Counted from the first letter of the stretch, positions 27,278 to 37,839 are shown. The stretch is 64,000 bases of DNA from Aquirufa sp. (GCA_044236555.1 JBIIGE010000001.1:669-64668), one strand, 5' to 3'. Numbers and translations are program-made. Notes: generated by a model from the sequence alone, not told the origin.

Positions 27278-29593
27278 TTAATTGGCTAATTCACTTAAAA
27301 ATTTAATGCGCATTAAACGAAGTTCTTCCTCGGTCACATCTTCTATATCACAATTTTCTAATGCCTCTGCAATATTATCTGTATCTGCCGACATGAAGTA
27401 TTCGTAGATTTCTTCTTGTTTATCAAGCTCCATGACTTGATTAATGTAGTAATCGAGGTTTAGTTTTGTTCCTGAGAAGCAGATAGTCTCAATTTCTTCG
27501 ATTAATTCCGACATACTCACCTCTTTTTGCTCGGCGATCAGGTCTAAATCGATTTTGCGATCGACTTGCTGAATGATGTAAATCTTAATTTTGGACTTAT
27601 TAACCGTAGATTTAACCACCACTTCTTTTGCGGTCTCGATCTCGTTTTCTTCTACGTAGCGATTAATTACCTCAAGAAATGGCTTGCCAAATTTCACGAC
27701 TTTACCCATTCCCACTCCGTTGATTTGGGCCATTTCGTCCTGTGTAGTCGGATAGGTAGTGGCCATTTCTTCCAAAGAAGGATCTTGGAAAATCACATAC
27801 GGGGGCAAGTTTTTCTCTTTCGCAATTTTCTTGCGGAGGGTTTTGAGAATTTCGAAGAGCGCATCATCATAGGCTTTTGCACCTAACGCTACACCTTCGT
27901 CATCATTTTCAGTAGGCTCCGCCTCTTTTTCGTAATCATGGTCTTTGTAAAAAGTGACCGGGAATGACTCTTTCAAGAAAGCCTTACCTGCATCACTTAG
28001 ACGAAGAACACCGTAGTTTTCAATGTCCTTATCTAACAGACCAAAAATAGCCATTTGCTTAATGAACGATATCCAAGCCGATTTTTCATCTTCGATGGGC
28101 ACCGGCTTCGATGCTGTTTTACGCATCTTTGGCTTCTTAGGAACGTCCTCGTCTCCGTCTTCATCCTCGTCATCATCCTCTTCTTCGTCGACCTTCGGCG
28201 TCATCCAGGAAACCACTTTACCTGACCCGAATAGGGATAACTTTTCCTGCTCGTGGCTTTGAATAAAGGAATTCGATTTGCCTTCTAAGAAGTCAGCGAT
28301 ATGTTCTGCATCAAATTGTTCGCCTGTTTGCTGTACCGCTTTTAAGACTAAACTTACTTCATCCTCGGCCTTAAAGGTAGGTGTTGGATGTAAGCAATTA
28401 TCGCAGAAACCGCAGTTCTCCGCCATATGCTCCCCAAAATAGTGAAGCAATTGCTTGCGACGGCAAACGCCTAAATTCGTATAGTAGACCATTTCAGATA
28501 AGAGAATTTTGGCATTCTCCTTTTCGGTCACAGCCTTATCTTTATTAAACTTGTCTAATTTCAGGATATCATCATAGGTGTAGAACAAAATACACGTTCC
28601 ATCTAAGCCATCGCGACCTGCACGCCCCGTTTCCTGATAGTACCCTTCTAATGACTTAGGGGCATCGTAGTGAATCACAAAACGCACATCCGGCTTATCG
28701 ATTCCCATCCCAAAAGCGATGGTCGCCACCATCACATCCACTTCCTCATTCAAGAAAGCTTCCTGGTTTGCCATGCGCACCTGGGGCTCTAAACCAGCAT
28801 GGTAAGGAAGCGCCTTTACGCTATTCACGTGCAATAATTCTGCAATTTCCTCCACACGCTTTCTCGAAAGGCAATAAATAATACCCGCCTTGCCGTTATG
28901 CGACTTAATAAAACGGATTAATTGCTTGTCGATATCCTTCTTCGAACGAATCTCATAGTAGAGGTTCTTTCGGTTGAATGACGATTTGAAAACGGTTGCA
29001 TCTTCCAGATTTAAAGTCTTTTGGATGTCGATTTGCACCTTAGGGGTGGCCGTTGCTGTCAAAGCGATGATAGGCATCTTCTCATCGATGCTCTCGATGA
29101 TGGTGCGGATCTTGCGGTATTCAGGTCTAAAATCGTGTCCCCATTCCGAGATACAGTGTGCTTCGTCGATGGCGACAAAGGAGATTTTAGCCTGTTTTAA
29201 GAAGTTTAGGTTTTCTTGTTTATTCAGGGATTCAGGAGCGATATATAATAATTTCACAGCTCCTGAAATCACTTCAGCTTTTACGCGATTGATTTCAGCG
29301 CGCGTTAAAGAGGAATTTAAGAATTGGGCATTAATGCCAAAAGCCACCATTTGATCCACTTGATTCTTCATCAAAGCAATCAGCGGCGAGATGACAATCG
29401 CCGTTCCTTCCATCACGATCGCAGGCAATTGGTAGCAAAGCGACTTGCCAGCGCCGGTAGGCATTAACACAAAGCTGTTTTTGCCTTGGATGGTATTCAG
29501 AATGATGGCTTCTTGCTCCCCCCGAAATTGACTAAATCCAAAGGTTTTTTTTAGCTGTTCCTTCAAGCTATCGATGGTCATTGGATGGGGCAT
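27278..29593 (-). CDS. recQ: ATP-dependent DNA helicase RecQ (helicase, RQC, HRDC and Bacteroidota C-terminal domain)
   Basis: MPTGAGKSLCYQLP, DEAHCISEWGHDFRPEY, QETGRAGRDG, CRR..CGFCDNC and PPYVIF. Start may be the Met at 29581. Confidence 0.97.
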   Translation of the reverse strand: MPHPMTIDSLKEQLKKTFGFSQFRGEQEAIILNTIQGKNSFVLMPTGAGKSLCYQLPAIVMEGTAIVISPLIALMKNQVDQMVAFGINAQFLNSSLTRAEINRVKAEVISGAVKLLYIAPESLNKQENLNFLKQAKISFVAIDEAHCISEWGHDFRPEYRKIRTIIESIDEKMPIIALTATATPKVQIDIQKTLNLEDATVFKSSFNRKNLYYEIRSKKDIDKQLIRFIKSHNGKAGIIYCLSRKRVEEIAELLHVNSVKALPYHAGLEPQVRMANQEAFLNEEVDVMVATIAFGMGIDKPDVRFVIHYDAPKSLEGYYQETGRAGRDGLDGTCILFYTYDDILKLDKFNKDKAVTEKENAKILLSEMVYYTNLGVCRRKQLLHYFGEHMAENCGFCDNCLHPTPTFKAEDEVSLVLKAVQQTGEQFDAEHIADFLEGKSNSFIQSHEQEKLSLFGSGKVVSWMTPKVDEEEDDDEDEDGDEDVPKKPKMRKTASKPVPIEDEKSAWISFIKQMAIFGLLDKDIENYGVLRLSDAGKAFLKESFPVTFYKDHDYEKEAEPTENDDEGVALGAKAYDDALFEILKTLRKKIAKEKNLPPYVIFQDPSLEEMATTYPTTQDEMAQINGVGMGKVVKFGKPFLEVINRYVEENEIETAKEVVVKSTVNKSKIKIYIIQQVDRKIDLDLIAEQKEVSMSELIEEIETICFSGTKLNLDYYINQVMELDKQEEIYEYFMSADTDNIAEALENCDIEDVTEEELRLMRIKFLSELAN

Positions 29594-29645
29594 ATATTGA
29601 TTAATGTGTTGTTTCGGCGATTGTTAAAGTCTGAGGGCTTCTACT

Positions 29646-29653
29646 TATCTTTG
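29646..29653 (+). promoter_or_regulatory. Sigma-A -7 element for kdsD
   Basis: TATCTTTG, 20 nt before the TTG start. Confidence 0.6.
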
Positions 29654-29673
29654 CCCTACAAATTCTTCTAACA

Positions 29674-30642
29674 TTGAAATTAAGCAAAAATATCCAATCC
29701 ACAGCAAAAAAAGTTTTAACTCAGGAAGCAGAGGCCATTCTGCAAGTGAGCGCCGGAATTAATTCAGATTTTGAGGCTTGTGTGGAACATTTGTTGAGTA
29801 TTCCTGGTCGTATTGTCTTTACAGGGATTGGAAAATCTGCCATCATTGCACAAAAAATTGTGGCCACTATGAATTCCACCGGTACGCCTGCCTTGTTTAT
29901 GCACGCGGCGGATGCGATTCACGGTGATCTAGGAATGATTCAGGAAGGCGATGCGGTGATTTGTATTTCGAAGTCAGGGGATACGCCTGAAATCAAGGTG
30001 TTAGTTCCATTGATTAAGCGTTTACAAGTGAAATTGATTGCCATGGTGTCGAATAAGAACTCCTATTTAGGCCAGCAATCGGATTATATTTTACACGCGT
30101 TGGCGGAGCAGGAGGCGGATTTGCTGAATTTGGCTCCCACGACATCTACTACCGTGGCACTCGCTTTAGGAGATGCTTTAGCGGTCTGTTTGTTAGAGTG
30201 TAAAGGATTTACGGCTCAGGATTTTGCCAAATACCATCCAGGAGGCGCCCTAGGCAAACGTCTCTACTTAAAGGTGGGCGATATTTATCCAACCCATGAA
30301 TTTCCAGCAATCTTCCACACGGCTTCTATTCAGGATGCGATTCATGAAATTTCGTCAAAGCGCTTAGGTGCTACGGCGGTATTAGATGAGAAAGGGGATT
30401 TAGTGGGAATCATCACCGATGGGGACGTTCGTCGTACTTTGGAGAATTCAAAGGATTGGTCTACGATTGTTTTAGCGGATATGATGAATACAAATCCTAA
30501 AACCATCGAAGCGGAGGCATTTGCCACTGAGGCTTTGGCGATCATGCAAAGCAAAAATATCACACAATTGGTCGTGATAGCAAATAAAAAGGCCGTGGGA
30601 TTTGTACATCTCCACGACTTGTTGAAAGAGGGTATTGTCTAA
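29674..30642 (+). CDS. kdsD: Arabinose-5-phosphate isomerase (KpsF/GutQ; SIS + 2 CBS)
   Basis: TGIGKS, HGDLG, SKSG.T, APTTSTT, HPGGALG and GIITDGD. Confidence 0.95.
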   Translation: MKLSKNIQSTAKKVLTQEAEAILQVSAGINSDFEACVEHLLSIPGRIVFTGIGKSAIIAQKIVATMNSTGTPALFMHAADAIHGDLGMIQEGDAVICISKSGDTPEIKVLVPLIKRLQVKLIAMVSNKNSYLGQQSDYILHALAEQEADLLNLAPTTSTTVALALGDALAVCLLECKGFTAQDFAKYHPGGALGKRLYLKVGDIYPTHEFPAIFHTASIQDAIHEISSKRLGATAVLDEKGDLVGIITDGDVRRTLENSKDWSTIVLADMMNTNPKTIEAEAFATEALAIMQSKNITQLVVIANKKAVGFVHLHDLLKEGIV

Positions 30643-30645
30643 AAA

Positions 30646-31125
30646 TTAGCGCATACGGTTCGAAGATTGCACTAGCATCTCGTCCTTGCGGATGAGGCGG
30701 TTCGCAATCATGTTTGCCAGCAAGGAAACCACTAAGGCATAGAATCCATAGCAATATTTGCCCTGAATCTCTGGTTCAAAAGTAGGCATCGCCTCCTTGA
30801 AAATCACCCAAAATGCATAGCCCATCGCTCCCGCTAAAACCAGGGAATTGACCAGGCCTAACATCATTTGACGCATGCGGTTTTTAAATGAGAAAATCGT
30901 TATAAGCGTGATGATCGTCGATAAAGTTACTAATAGGGCAATCGCGATGTTGCTGTGTGCGGCTACTTCTTTCCCATTTTGGAATACTTGCCATTGGTTG
31001 GAAAAAAGCTCTGCTTTTTGGCCTGAAGTGCCTATTTTTTGCCAAATAGAAGTTCCCGAAGTAGCGACGGCATTGCCAATAATCGCTAAGGCTAAGAAAA
31101 GGGTTTGTGGTCTCTGAATAGTCAT
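30646..31125 (-). CDS. DUF4293-like membrane protein
   Basis: MTIQRPQTLFL, IFSFKNRMRQ and ANRLIRKDE.LV.S.NRMR. Confidence 0.88.
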   Translation of the reverse strand: MTIQRPQTLFLALAIIGNAVATSGTSIWQKIGTSGQKAELFSNQWQVFQNGKEVAAHSNIAIALLVTLSTIITLITIFSFKNRMRQMMLGLVNSLVLAGAMGYAFWVIFKEAMPTFEPEIQGKYCYGFYALVVSLLANMIANRLIRKDEMLVQSSNRMR

Positions 31126-31149
31126 ATTTTTATCAATTAATAGGCGAAA

Positions 31150-32619
31150 TTACGCATTTTCTGCAAAAAGTTTCGCCGCAATTTTTGCCGAAGATAAACA
31201 AAGTGGAATTCCCCCGCCGGGATGAACGCTGCCGCCTACCCAATACAAGTTTTTGATCGCCTTTCGGTAATTCGGGTGGCGTAAAAAGGCTGCGAAGCGA
31301 TTATTTGACGCATTTCCGTATAGTGCACCGCCGGCAGACGAGGTCCTTGCCTGAATGCTGCGCGGATCCAATAAGTCTTCTGCGACGATGTGTTTCTCGA
31401 TGTCTACGCCTAAGTTACGCGCTAATTTTGCCATCACATTCTTGCGCATTTTCGCGACTAAGGCATCCCAATCTTGCCCTTCATTTGCCGGAACGTTCAT
31501 TAGAATGAACCAGTTTTCGCCGCCTTCCGGGGCATCTGATTTCTCCACTTTCGAAGAGATATGTAGGTAAATGGTGGGGTCATCGTTAATGGTTTTGTCT
31601 TCGAAGATGGCTTTGAATTCGCCCTGGTAGTCATCCGAGAAGAAGATGTTATGCACACCTAATTCATCAAAGCTGTGGTCCATTCCCCAATAGAAGATGA
31701 TGCCGGAGCTGGACTTAGGCTGGTTTAATAACTTTTGTGGTTGAGGTTCCTGTGCTAGCAGTTTTATATAACTAGGGCGAATGTCCGCGTTGCAGGCGAT
31801 GTAATCGAAGATATAGGAGCCTTTTTCTGTTTCTAATCCGGTCGCAGTATGATTTTGAGTGGTGATGCGTGACACTTTCTCGTTGAAATGGAAGACCACA
31901 CCCAGTTCTTCGGCGAGACGGTGCAGCGCTCTAGGAATGCTAATAATGCCTCCTTTCGGGAAAAAGGCGCCTATGTTGTATTCTAGATGGGGAATGATCG
32001 ATAAAGTTGCGGGCGTTTGGTAAGGATCTGAGCCGTTATAGGTGGCGTAGCGGTCAAAAAGTTGGACCGTTTTCGGATTCTGAAAACGCTTTGCATGGGA
32101 GCGGTGCATGGTGTTAAAAAGGCCTAAGCGGGGGATATTCAGGTATCCTTTCAAGGCTTTTGGTCCTGTCCAAGTCGAAAAAGAATGCAGTGAGTTGTCT
32201 AAAAATAGCTCACTAATGATGTGGTAGTTTTCTCCAATCTGGCGCAAGAAACTAGCTACATTTTCCTCCGATTCACCTAATTGTGAAGCAATTGCTGCCG
32301 CTGTTTCTGCGGGAGCAGCATTCGTTTGTAAGCGCGTGCCATCTTCCCAAAAATACCGACAAATCTCTGGCAAACGCTCATAAGAGAAATAGTCCCGTGG
32401 ATTTTTGCCTGCCAGCGTGAACAGTTCGTCCACTAAATGTGGCATGGTGAAAAGGGAGGGTCCGGCGTCAAAGCGAAATCCGTTCGTTTCGATTTGGGCT
32501 AATTTGCCTCCGGGATAGGAATTTGCTTCGAAAACACTGACTTGGTGACCCGCCACTGCACTTCGTATGGCAAAGCCCAAACTTCCCATTCCTGATCCGA
32601 CAATTCCTATTTTTGGCAT
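31150..32619 (-). CDS. crtD: Carotenoid desaturase (CrtI family), probably 1-hydroxycarotenoid 3,4-desaturase
   Basis: GSGMGSL FAD motif, FDAGPSLFTMP, RYATYNGSDPY, GALYG.ASN..FAAFLRHPN and GGSVHPGGGIPLCL. Confidence 0.8.
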   Translation of the reverse strand: MPKIGIVGSGMGSLGFAIRSAVAGHQVSVFEANSYPGGKLAQIETNGFRFDAGPSLFTMPHLVDELFTLAGKNPRDYFSYERLPEICRYFWEDGTRLQTNAAPAETAAAIASQLGESEENVASFLRQIGENYHIISELFLDNSLHSFSTWTGPKALKGYLNIPRLGLFNTMHRSHAKRFQNPKTVQLFDRYATYNGSDPYQTPATLSIIPHLEYNIGAFFPKGGIISIPRALHRLAEELGVVFHFNEKVSRITTQNHTATGLETEKGSYIFDYIACNADIRPSYIKLLAQEPQPQKLLNQPKSSSGIIFYWGMDHSFDELGVHNIFFSDDYQGEFKAIFEDKTINDDPTIYLHISSKVEKSDAPEGGENWFILMNVPANEGQDWDALVAKMRKNVMAKLARNLGVDIEKHIVAEDLLDPRSIQARTSSAGGALYGNASNNRFAAFLRHPNYRKAIKNLYWVGGSVHPGGGIPLCLSSAKIAAKLFAENA

Positions 32620-32681
32620 AATTCAAAATTAAGTAAAAAAGAATAAAGCCCTAAATGTTTTTCTCTCCCTGCGCTTTTCCG

Positions 32682-32689
32682 TAATTTTG
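32682..32689 (+). promoter_or_regulatory. Sigma-A -7 element for aspS
   Basis: TAATTTTG, 20 nt before the ATG. Confidence 0.6.
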
Positions 32690-32709
32690 CCCGAATTTTA
32701 ATATTTTCT

Positions 32710-34473
32710 ATGCTACGTACACATACAAATGGCGAATTGCGCATCGAACATGCAGGCACCGAGGTAACTCTTTGTGGTTGGGTTCAGCGTTCACGAGATA
32801 AAGGAGGGATGATTTGGGTGGATCTTCGAGATCGTTACGGAGTCACTCAATTGATGTTAGAGGAGGGGAAATCGTCTGCGGAGTCTTTGGCATTAGCGAG
32901 AGGATTAGGCCGTGAATTCGTGGTAGAAGCGAAAGGAATCGTGGTAGAGCGTTTGTCCAAAAACGACAAAATGCCGACCGGCGATATCGAAATCAAAGTA
33001 AAAGAATTACGCGTGTTGAATCCAGCGAAATTGCCTCCCTTCTTGATCGAAGACGAGACGGATGGCGGCGATGATATCCGTATGAAATACCGCTACTTAG
33101 ACTTGCGTCGTAACCCGATTCGCGAGAGTTTACAATTGCGCCACCACGTGGGTCGCGAAGTACGTAATTACTTAGATAAGCAAGATTTTATCGAGGTGGA
33201 AACACCCGTTTTAATTAAGTCAACACCAGAAGGTGCGCGGGATTTCGTGGTACCTTCTCGGATGAATCCAGGTGAATTTTATGCCTTGCCGCAGTCTCCG
33301 CAAACCTTTAAGCAATTGTTGATGGTATCTGGTTTCGACCGTTACTACCAGATTGTGAAGTGTTTCCGAGACGAAGATTTGCGTGCAGATCGCCAGCCAG
33401 AATTTACGCAAATCGACTGCGAAATGTCGTTTGTGGAGCAAGAAGATATCCTGAACATGTTTGAGGGATTGATTCGTCATTTGTTCCAAAACGTGAAAGG
33501 CCTCGAAATCGGCGAAGTGCCTCGCATGACCTACGCGGATGCGATGAAATACTATGGTTCAGATAAGCCGGACATTCGTTTTGACATGAAATTCGTGGAA
33601 TTGAAAGGCGAAGGCGTTGACCTGACTTCAGGAAAAGATTTCCAAGTTTTTGATGCGGCGGACACCGTTGTAGGTATCTGCGTGAAAGGAGCTGCGGAGT
33701 ATACACGCAAGCAAATCGATGAATTAACGGATTTCGTTCGCCGCCCACAAATCGGCGCGAAAGGTTTGATTTACGCCCGCGTTCAAGCAGACGGCGTTGT
33801 GAAATCATCCGTAGACAAATTTTACTCAGAAGCCGATTTAGCGAAATGGGCTGCCGCATTTAATGCAGAGCCAGGCGACTTAATCCTTGTGCTTTCTGGA
33901 GAAGGAGATAAAGTGCGCAAGCAATTAAACGAGCTTCGTTTAGAGATGGGAACACGTATGGGATTACGTGATCCGAATAATTACAAAGTACACTGGGTAG
34001 TGGATTTCCCACTTTTAGAATACGGTGAGGAGGAGGATCGTTGGTTTGCGATGCACCATCCGTTCACAAGCCCTAAGCCGGAGGATATTCCATTGATGCT
34101 TGCTGGCGAATTCGGTAAAGTGCGTGCGAACGCTTACGATTTAGTCGTGAATGGGGTGGAAGTAGGCGGAGGTTCGATTCGTATCTTCCAAAAAGACCTG
34201 CAATCGAAAATGTTCGAAGTCCTTGGATTCACTCCAGAAGAAGCGCAAGCCCAATTCGGTTTCTTATTAGATGCCTTCGAATATGGGGCACCGCCGCACG
34301 GTGGATTGGCCTTTGGTTTTGATCGCCTTTGCTCGTTATTCGGAGGAACAGATTCGATTCGCGATTACATCGCTTTCCCTAAGAACAACGCGGGACGTGA
34401 TGTGATGATCGATTCACCATCTCCATTGGCACAAGCTCAGTTAGATGAATTGAAGATCAAGACGACAGTTTAG
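32710..34473 (+). CDS. aspS: Aspartate--tRNA ligase
   Basis: [47 protein letters not shown] and PPHGG.AFG.DR. Confidence 0.99.
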   Translation: MLRTHTNGELRIEHAGTEVTLCGWVQRSRDKGGMIWVDLRDRYGVTQLMLEEGKSSAESLALARGLGREFVVEAKGIVVERLSKNDKMPTGDIEIKVKELRVLNPAKLPPFLIEDETDGGDDIRMKYRYLDLRRNPIRESLQLRHHVGREVRNYLDKQDFIEVETPVLIKSTPEGARDFVVPSRMNPGEFYALPQSPQTFKQLLMVSGFDRYYQIVKCFRDEDLRADRQPEFTQIDCEMSFVEQEDILNMFEGLIRHLFQNVKGLEIGEVPRMTYADAMKYYGSDKPDIRFDMKFVELKGEGVDLTSGKDFQVFDAADTVVGICVKGAAEYTRKQIDELTDFVRRPQIGAKGLIYARVQADGVVKSSVDKFYSEADLAKWAAAFNAEPGDLILVLSGEGDKVRKQLNELRLEMGTRMGLRDPNNYKVHWVVDFPLLEYGEEEDRWFAMHHPFTSPKPEDIPLMLAGEFGKVRANAYDLVVNGVEVGGGSIRIFQKDLQSKMFEVLGFTPEEAQAQFGFLLDAFEYGAPPHGGLAFGFDRLCSLFGGTDSIRDYIAFPKNNAGRDVMIDSPSPLAQAQLDELKIKTTV

Positions 34474-34485
34474 CTTGTCGGAAAT

Positions 34486-34525
34486 AAAAAAGAGAGGGGC
34501 CGCGCAGCGGCCCCTCTCTTTTTTT
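34486..34525. terminator. Bidirectional rho-independent terminator
   Basis: AAAAAAGAGAGGGGCCGC-gca-GCGGCCCCTCTCTTTTTT between convergent aspS and can. Confidence 0.93.
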
Positions 34526-34526
34526 G

Positions 34527-35156
34527 TTAAAAATCGTAATGAAATACCGGGCTGGCCCATTCGCCTGCATTGATATTGATAATTTCCTTGATTTCGCCAT
34601 GGTGAATGTCAAATACCCAGCCGTGAAGGTGTGGAAGTTTTCTATTGGACCAAGCCTTTTGGACGATGGTTGTTTTGGCTAAATTTTGTATTTGTTCTGC
34701 CACATTTAATTCCACCAGTTTATTAAACCGGGCGGTTTCATCCGTGATGTCGTGCAAATCTTCGTAGTGTTTTTCATACACTTCCTTAATATTGCGCAGC
34801 CACTTGTTGATTAGCCCAAAATCGTGGTTCGTCATCGCAGCCTTCACCCCGCCGCAATTGTAGTGTCCGCAAACGATGATGTGTTTTACCTCTAAAACCT
34901 CTACGGCATATTGCAAGACTGATAACAGATTGATATCCGTATGCACCACCATGTTTGCTACATTTCGGTGCACGAAAATATCACCTGGATCCGCGTGCGT
35001 GATTTCCTCTGCAGGCACTCGGCTGTCTGCACATCCGATCCATAGGAATAGCGGATTTTGTTCTTTCGATAAATTATCAAAATAGGTTGGGTCTAATTCT
35101 AGACGCTCGCTTGCCCAAGCTTTATTGCTCAGTAGTAATTTTTTATATTCATTCAT
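34527..35156 (-). CDS. can: Beta-class carbonic anhydrase
   Basis: WIGCADSRVP, FVHRNVAN and CGHYNCGG. Confidence 0.97.
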   Translation of the reverse strand: MNEYKKLLLSNKAWASERLELDPTYFDNLSKEQNPLFLWIGCADSRVPAEEITHADPGDIFVHRNVANMVVHTDINLLSVLQYAVEVLEVKHIIVCGHYNCGGVKAAMTNHDFGLINKWLRNIKEVYEKHYEDLHDITDETARFNKLVELNVAEQIQNLAKTTIVQKAWSNRKLPHLHGWVFDIHHGEIKEIININAGEWASPVFHYDF

Positions 35157-35157
35157 G

Positions 35158-36684
35158 TTATTTCTTTTTTAGATCGACTTCGATGCCGCGTTGTTTTGCT
35201 GTACTCATAAACTCTTGAATCAGAAGAGTGATATCGTGATCCATAAAATGAACCTTAGTTGTATCAATAAATACTTCTGAACCTGCTGGTATTTTTCGCA
35301 AGGCCTCTTTGAGGGACATTTTGTGTAGGAATGTCACATCCTTTTGGAATTTGATTAGAATATCATTCCCATTTTTGAATACTGTAAATACGGACGAATA
35401 ATTAGTAATCACGACAAAAATGAGTCCTACAAGCGTACCTATGAATATTCCCCACAATAAGTCAACTCCTACCACCACGGCCACTGTGATTAAAAAGGGA
35501 ACATATTGTTTCCAACCTTCTGCAAATACTTTTTTGAATTCCTTAGGATGGGCAAGTTTGTATCCCGTGTATAACAAAATGCTCGCTAGGCAGGCTAATG
35601 GGATTTTATTCAAATAGAGCGGTAAAAATAGTACTGCCACTAACAATAGAATGCCGTGGAAGAATCCAGACATTCGCGTTTTTCCTCCAGCATAAATATT
35701 AGTCGAAGAGCGTACGATAACAGACGTGATGGGTAGCCCGCCTAAAAATCCGCTGACTATATTCCCTGTTCCTTGGGCAAGTAATTCTCTGTCAGGGGAG
35801 GAGATTCTTTTTAATGGATCTAACGAATCAGTCGCCTCTAAAGATAAGAGCGATTCTAAGGTAGCCACAATCGCGAGTGTAACAGCCACGGAATACACTT
35901 TAGGATGACTAAGAAAGCTCCAATCGGGCGTAATAAAACCCGATACTAGTTCATTCGTGGACGCAAAAACTGGAAGTCTAACCATGTGATCTACTGAATT
36001 TCCTAGGTACCAGGTGGGGAACCAAATCCCCAGGCTTTCATTGATGGCGACTCCGATTACTACCACAAAAAGTGATGCAGGAATCGCATTCATCCAGGCG
36101 ATTTTTTCGCCAAGTTTAGTCCAAGAGAATAGGATAAGTAGCCCAACAGCAGAGATAATTAGGGCCCCTATTTCAGGGGTTAATAGCGATTTGGTGATTT
36201 CGGTAAAGGTGTTTTCCCCGTCTTTTTGGTCAAATTCAAATTCTCCTATAAAATCTAAATCATCGCCAATAGCGTGTGGAATTTGTTTTAAAATGATCAC
36301 AATTCCTATGGCCACTAACATGCCTCGAATAACAGAGGACGGGAAAAATCCGCCAATTTTACCCCATTTCAATAAGCCTAAAACTACTTGGATAATTCCT
36401 GCTAGGATGACTGCGACTAAAAATCCAGGAAATGATCCTAGCTCAGTTATGGCTGTTGCCACAATGATGGTTAAGCCAGCCGCTGGACCGCTGACAGAAA
36501 GTTCAGATCCAGACAAAAGTGATACGATAGTACCACCCACAATTCCAGCCACAAGGCCAGCAAATAAGGGAGCTCCAGATGCTAATGCAATACCTAGACA
36601 GAGAGGTAAAGCCACTAAAAAGACAGCAACGCCCGATTTCCAATCCCCTTTTACAAAGGATTCAACGTATTCTGATTGTTTCAT
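35158..36684 (-). CDS. SulP/SLC26 anion (probably bicarbonate) transporter
   Basis: VFLVALPLCLGIALASGAP, VSGPAAG, ELLAQG.GN and PITSVIVRSS. Directly upstream of can. Confidence 0.95.
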   Translation of the reverse strand: MKQSEYVESFVKGDWKSGVAVFLVALPLCLGIALASGAPLFAGLVAGIVGGTIVSLLSGSELSVSGPAAGLTIIVATAITELGSFPGFLVAVILAGIIQVVLGLLKWGKIGGFFPSSVIRGMLVAIGIVIILKQIPHAIGDDLDFIGEFEFDQKDGENTFTEITKSLLTPEIGALIISAVGLLILFSWTKLGEKIAWMNAIPASLFVVVIGVAINESLGIWFPTWYLGNSVDHMVRLPVFASTNELVSGFITPDWSFLSHPKVYSVAVTLAIVATLESLLSLEATDSLDPLKRISSPDRELLAQGTGNIVSGFLGGLPITSVIVRSSTNIYAGGKTRMSGFFHGILLLVAVLFLPLYLNKIPLACLASILLYTGYKLAHPKEFKKVFAEGWKQYVPFLITVAVVVGVDLLWGIFIGTLVGLIFVVITNYSSVFTVFKNGNDILIKFQKDVTFLHKMSLKEALRKIPAGSEVFIDTTKVHFMDHDITLLIQEFMSTAKQRGIEVDLKKK

Positions 36685-36717
36685 ATGTTTGTTTAATTAA
36701 TGATAGTTGGTTCGAAA

Positions 36718-37839
36718 TTAAACAGAACAATCGGGGGGTGTTTGATAGGTTACCTTAAATCCATTGGTGATGGATACATGTAATTCTGAGTGACTAAGCG
36801 ATAATTGATAAGTAAAAATTCTATAACTAGTGTCGATAGAAGAAATGAGGGAGTCTTCTTCTCCGTCTTCATCATCCGTGTCGTTGATTGGGTTTTTGCT
36901 AGATTGTCTTTGGGACAATGGCTCCTTCGTTTGAAATATTATTTTTGATTGTTGGTCGCGCTCTTGAATTAACAGTGGCTCAGCAGTGTCAAATTTGTCT
37001 TTGCCATATCGCCACTCCTTATGTAGTCTACCTCCAGAACCCAATTCATGGTATTCTCGCCAGCGACCCACTTTAACACTGTCGTCTAACCGACCATCTT
37101 CTTTCAAAGCACCATTGGGGTAAAAAGCGAAATAGGTTCCGCTTACTTTGCCATAAATGCGTGGAATTACTGTTTTGATTTTCTTTTTTGCAGCATCATA
37201 ATAGTCAATACTTGATCCAGCCGTGTACCCTCTAACGTAATAGACCTTGTTTTCTAGTTCATATTCTGGACCGTAGGTTTCCCAGCGGCCATCTTTTTGA
37301 CCCATATAGTAAAAGCCCTCTTCTACTAGTTTTTTATTTAGGTATTTTTTGAAGGTACCGTGGCAGACTTGAGCGTTTTTTGCGTCTTTTAAAGGAATCG
37401 AAATGACACGGGATTGAGAAGGGTCATAAATGAAAATATCTTGCGCATAAGGACTTAATGCTTCATCCTCTACATATTTCACCACATTAACCTCTTCCAC
37501 CGTCATTCGGGCGCCACTCCCATAGTTGCCCAGTTTTTTTTCAGTTTTAATGCCGGCGTATTCATCTCGTGGTTGAAGTTTTTTCTTCGCGGTTTTGACA
37601 ATTTTTTTTCCCAAATCCTTCACCCCCAAACTCTCGATAAATGCCTTGCTGTCTTCTTTGAATTTCTTGGCTTCCTCAGCCTTGCTTTCTAAACCGGTGG
37701 ATAGGCGGCCATTAAATAAACCCTTTTGATGAACCGACGTGTCTATAAGCGGTTTATTTTTTGTAATAGCCTCATTCTGTGCTTGAACATTCAAGCTCAA
37801 AATAAGGATGACACAGAAAAACAAAACACGTAACAGCAT
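36718..37839 (-). CDS. Secreted MORN-variant repeat (YwqK-like) protein with atypical acidic/PP C-terminal extension
   Basis: Signal peptide; repeats such as HGTFKKY, EEGFYYMGQKDGRWETY and GTYFAFYPNGALKEDG..KVGRWREY. Confidence 0.75.
   Translation of the reverse strand: MLLRVLFFCVILILSLNVQAQNEAITKNKPLIDTSVHQKGLFNGRLSTGLESKAEEAKKFKEDSKAFIESLGVKDLGKKIVKTAKKKLQPRDEYAGIKTEKKLGNYGSGARMTVEEVNVVKYVEDEALSPYAQDIFIYDPSQSRVISIPLKDAKNAQVCHGTFKKYLNKKLVEEGFYYMGQKDGRWETYGPEYELENKVYYVRGYTAGSSIDYYDAAKKKIKTVIPRIYGKVSGTYFAFYPNGALKEDGRLDDSVKVGRWREYHELGSGGRLHKEWRYGKDKFDTAEPLLIQERDQQSKIIFQTKEPLSQRQSSKNPINDTDDEDGEEDSLISSIDTSYRIFTYQLSLSHSELHVSITNGFKVTYQTPPDCSV

Noticed and set aside
36014-36700. 228-aa ORF antisense to sulP, and similar antisense ORFs such as 11860..12468 and 33404..33859
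   Set aside because: They lie opposite well-supported genes, have no recognisable motifs, and show typical antisense-shadow composition.
36718-37839. Toxin-antitoxin system (YwqK 'antitoxin' label)
   Set aside because: No neighbouring toxin gene. The similarity is only generic MORN-variant repeats on a secreted protein.
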